From Centroscyllium fabricii (Eukaryota): a DNA stretch of 64,000 nt. Below, one piece after another: positions 59,959-64,000 of the stretch. Location: positions 257,610,001 to 257,674,000 of the forward strand of contig JBNRSN020000005.1 in the NCBI GenBank assembly GCA_051313645.2. Reading direction: 5' to 3'. A model generated the notes under the pieces. It saw only the letters and a program-made list of their open reading frames with translations, was not told the origin of the DNA and searched no databases. The first letter of the stretch is position 1. Each line of letters starts with the position of its first letter. A program made the position numbers and the translations under genes.

Positions 59959-60760
59959 GAATTCAATTCAATTCAATTCAATTTATTTGTCACTTGTACT
60001 GAATACAACAGGTGTAATCTAGACAGTGAAATGCTTTTTTCACGGCTCGAACGCAACGCGCAACAATGAACACTAAGCTGCCCGACACGCCCGGAGCCCG
60101 TGAGACGGCAGCTACCTCACCAGCGCCATCAATCACAAGTCCCGTTTCCGCACCACTCCAGCCACTCCTGCACGCAAAGTTCTTAAAGTTCTTAAAGTCC
60201 TTTCTGCTGTTTCACTCGCCGACCACCTTCTTCTGTTCTTTCACTGACTCCCCTGCATCCTCTCGATAGACCTGGGCTCCGGGTGCAGCCTTCGAAGGCC
60301 CTGGACCTGCCCCTTGATCCGGCATGCCGGCTCCTTCCGAATCCGCCAAGCTCCGAAGCGCCTGGTGGCCTGTGACCTGGCTCTCGGGCTCCCCCCGAAC
60401 CCTCTCGCATTCGAAGGCCCTGGTCCCTTGCCTCGTGGCTCCAGCCGAGTGCGCCGAGCTTGGCCTGACGCCTTGCCGGCTCCCCGAGTCCTCCGGGCTC
60501 CCCGTTCCCCTGCTCGCTCCCGACTACCTTCCCTCATCCTACCGTCCACGCCGGGCTCCTCCCGGCATTCCTCATGGACAGATGGCGGCTGATTTAACTT
60601 CGCTTCGTGGAGGAGGTCTCCTCTATGGCGGCCGATGCGGCCGGAACCAGAACCAGATTCTGGTCTAGTTCATCAGCAAGTATCAACTTAGCTGCAGCCT
60701 TGGGTAGCTTGTCGGTGAAAAAGGAGTTCGTTTTACTACATTCAAGAAAACGCAGTGATA
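59959..60760 (-). mobile_element. Non-autonomous retroposon with Rex1-type 3' tail
   Basis: Minus tail gcatttcactgt..tacacctgttgtattc..gtgacaaataaa(ttgaa)n; GC-rich non-coding body; 5' limit uncertain. Confidence 0.6.
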
Positions 60761-60924
60761 CAAGGCCTCTCAGCCCATCAGTCTCACTCCATCCAGGCTC
60801 CAGGTATGATCAATCTATCATGGACTGCCCCATCTGCTGGTCCCTTAATGGGGACATTTCCTCTTGAGCACTCACATCGCACATGGAGAGCAGAATTCCC
60901 AGGCCATAATCTTCCATCAAGTAA

Positions 60925-61321
60925 ACTCACCTCCTAACTTCTGTCCACATATCCATGGCATCACTAAGACCGCCTATTTCCACCTCCGTAACATCGCCTG
61001 TCTCCGCCCTTGCCTCAGCTCATCCACTGCTGAAAACCTCGTCCATGCTTTTGTTACCTCTAGACTCGACTATTCCAACACGCTCCAGACAGGCCTCCCA
61101 CGTTCTACCCTACGTAAACTTGGTCATCCAAAACTCGGCTGCCTATGTCCTAATTCGCACCAAGTCCCGTTCACCCATCACCCCTGCGCTCTCTGACCTA
61201 CATTGGCTCCCAATTAAGCAATGCCTCGACTTCAAAATTCTCATCCTTGTTTCAAATGCCTCCATGGCCTCGCCCCTTCCTATCTCTAATCTCCCACAGC
61301 CACCCCCTTCCACTGAGATAT
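60925..61321 (+). mobile_element. L2 LINE ORF2 C-terminal fragment
   Basis: TAYFHLRNI..LVHAFVTSRLDYSN..QNSAA..PITPALSDLHWLPI. Confidence 0.85.
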
Positions 61322-64000
61322 TGTAGCGCCGGCAGGCCTAGGAACCACACATGAGTCAGAGCTAGAGAAAACACAGCTTTATTACACTAAGTCAAAACAA
61401 GAAAGAGAGTGAACCACTCGAGACAGGCATATTTAAACGGTCTCGCGGTTGGCGACGTCATCGCGTCGGCCGACGTGGTGACGTCGTCGCGTCACCCGGA
61501 TGAGCGGGGCTTTGCTCCGCGGAGTCCCCGTGGCGGATTCGATGTCCCAGTGGGCGTGCCGCCACACAGCTCCCCCCAGAATCCATCCGGGAGGAATAGA
61601 GACAGTGTCTATGTATGCCGCTGGTTCTGCGGTGGAGTGTGGGCGGGTTTTGTTGCGGGAGGGCGACCGCGTTGTGGTGGTTGTGCGGAGACCGTAGTCT
61701 CGCCCGCTATCACGTGTGCCGGCTTGAGCCGGTCTATTGTCACAGTGTCAGTCCTGTTGCCCATTTGTAATTCGAAAGCTTTCGCTCCCGCCCGAAGCAC
61801 TCTGTAGGGGCCATCGTAAGGTGGCTGTAGTGGGGATCGGTGTCCGTCGCGCCGGACGAACACGAATTTCGCATTTTTAATGTTGTCCGGCACCCGAGCT
61901 GCCGGCTCTCCGTGCCGGGCCACTGGTAGTGGCTGGAAAGCTCATGCCGGGTTAGCAAAATCTTTTAAATACTGGTCGGCTGACCAGGGAGCGTTGGGCT
62001 CAGCCAGGAACTCGCCCGGCACCGTTAAAGTTTGGCCGTAGACGAGCTCCGCTGCCGAGGCGTTAAGGTCTTCTTTGACTGCCGAGCGCAGCCCGAGGAG
62101 GACCCATGGAAGGCGGTCGGTCCACGATGCGTCTTTTAGTGTGGCCCGTAGTGATGCCTTCATCGAGCGGTGGAACCGTTCGCATAGGCCGTTCGCCTGT
62201 GGGTGGTATGCGGTGGTTCGGTGTAGTGTCACCCCGAGGTCGCGGGCGATGGCCGCCCATAATGCCGACGTAAACTGGGGTCCTCTGTCGGAGGTGATGT
62301 CTGTGGGCACGCCGAAGCGGGCGACCCAGGTGGCGATGAACGCCCTGGCCAAGTCCGTGGTGCCGGTGGCGGTGAGGGGGACTGCTTCTGGCCAGCGAGT
62401 GTTGCGGTCGACCATGGTCATTAGGTGCGTGTGGCCCCGGGATGGCGGTAGTGGCCCAACGAGATCGATGTGGACATGGTCAAAATGCCTGGCCGGTACT
62501 TTAAAATTTTCCAGCGGTGCCCTGATGTGCTTATGCACTTTGGAGCGCTGGCACGCTATGCAGGAGCTGGCCCAGGCGCGGACGTCCTTGCGCAGGCCGC
62601 GCCATACGAATCGGGCCGATATTAACTTAATGGACGCGCGGGCGCCGGGGTGGGACAGGTCATGGAGGGTCCTAAATATATGTTGCCTCCAAGCATGGGG
62701 CACGACCGGCCTGGGCTGCGGCAGGGATACGTCGCAGCAGACGACGGTGGCAGCGGGGCCGTGCGCGATATTGGCCAAGTGGAGGCCGGGGAGATTAGTT
62801 GCTGCGTTGAGTAGGTCGGGGTCGGCCAGCTGGTCAGCGGCCAGCTGGGCGTAATCGACCGCCATTTGGGCGGCGTTAATGGTGGGGCGTGAGAGGCAGT
62901 CAGCGACCACGTTGTCGCGGCCGGAAATGTGCTGGATGTCGGTTGTAAATTCCGACACGGCCGCGAGTTGGCGCTGCTGCCTGGCCGACCAGGGTTCAGC
63001 GACCTTAGCCATCGCGAACGTGAGTGGCTTGTGGTCGCTGAAGGCTGTAAAGTGGCGGCCCTCCAAGAGGAAACGAAAATGTCGTACCGCCAGATGGAGA
63101 GCGAGTAGCTCCCTATCAAAGGCGCTGTATTTAACCTCTGGGGGCCGGAGTTGCCGGCTGAAAAAGGCCAGGGGCTGCCACGAGTTGCCGGTCCACTGCT
63201 CAAATACGGCCCCGACCGCGTGGTCGGAGGCGTCGGTGGTGAGGGCTACTCTGGCGTTGGGCCTAGGGTGGGCTAGGAGGGTGGCGTTTGCCAGGGCGGT
63301 TTTGGTTGCGGTAAAGGCGGTGGCGGCGTCGGCCGTCCACTCAACCGCAGCCTTATTGGACTGCCCGCGGGTGGCCTGGTATAAGGGGGCCATGAGAGCG
63401 GCTGCTCCCAGATAAAGCGGTTATAAAAATTAACCATGCCTAAGAATTCCTGCAGCCCTTTAATGGAGTGCGGGTGGGGGAATTCTTGTACCGCCTGCAC
63501 CTTAGAGGGCAGGGGTATGGCCACTGTTTGGGAAATGCTGTGGCCGAGGAAGTCAATGGTCTCGAGGCCGAATTTGCATTTGGTGGGGCTTAAGATAAGG
63601 TCGTGTTCGGTAAGGCGTTGGAACAGGGTCCTGAGGTGCAGGAGGTGTTCCTGGGGGGAGGTGCTGGCCACGAGGATGTCGTCTAAACAGACGAAGATGA
63701 ACTTTAAGTCCCGTAGGACCGAGTCCATGAGGCGCTGGAAGGCCTGGGCCGCGTTTTTAAGGCCGAAGGGCATCCTAAGGAACTCGAAGAGTCCGAAGGG
63801 GGTAATTACGGCCGTTTTAGGAATGTCCGCCGGGTGCACCGGAACCTGGTGGTAGCCACGCACCAGGTCGATCTTGGAAAAGATCGTACAACCCGCTAAT
63901 CTGGTGGAAAAATCCTGGATGTGGGGTACGGGGTACCTATCCGGGGTGGTGGCGTTGTTAAGGCGGCGGTAGTCGCCGCAGGGGCGCCAGCCTCCGTCGG
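61322..64000 (-). mobile_element. CsRn1-clade element D (3' LTR 61322-61566, IN, RH, RT; continues beyond window)
   Basis: Close homolog of element A; frameshifts near 63400 and 61940. Confidence 0.92.

Overview
Eukaryotic, transposon-saturated DNA, almost certainly from a cartilaginous fish: it carries HE1-type V-SINEs, SacSINE1-type DeuSINEs and CR1/HER1 LINEs. No host protein-coding gene is recognisable, and most listed ORFs are antisense or alternate-frame shadows of retroelements. Two Ty3/gypsy lineages dominate. (i) A Mag-like lineage with 5-bp TSDs, two CCHC knuckles and the RT motif YLDN: four two-LTR copies at 4395-9742, 13992-19197, 48270-53533 and 55657-57222, plus fragments. (ii) CsRn1-clade elements with a tRNA-Trp PBS, CHCC gag and 4-bp TSDs at 19208-24637, 25083-29652, 38489-41340 and 61322-64000. 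Also present: solo LTRs; CR1, L2, RTE and Vingi LINE pieces; Harbinger transposons and MITEs; Penelope fold-back ends with hammerhead motifs; and Rex1-tailed SINE-like elements, one with a 5S rRNA head. Strongest signal: all four Mag-like elements lack a tRNA PBS. Instead the 13-14 nt after the 5' LTR are the covarying reverse complement of the LTR's own poly(A)-signal block, suggesting tRNA-independent self-priming and/or poly(A) occlusion, in an element whose RT has a non-canonical YLDN active site. Second highlight: a near-complete tRNA-Asp captured by microhomology inside a CsRn1 pol gene, within a multi-clade mosaic element. Family names are from recall, not database searches.
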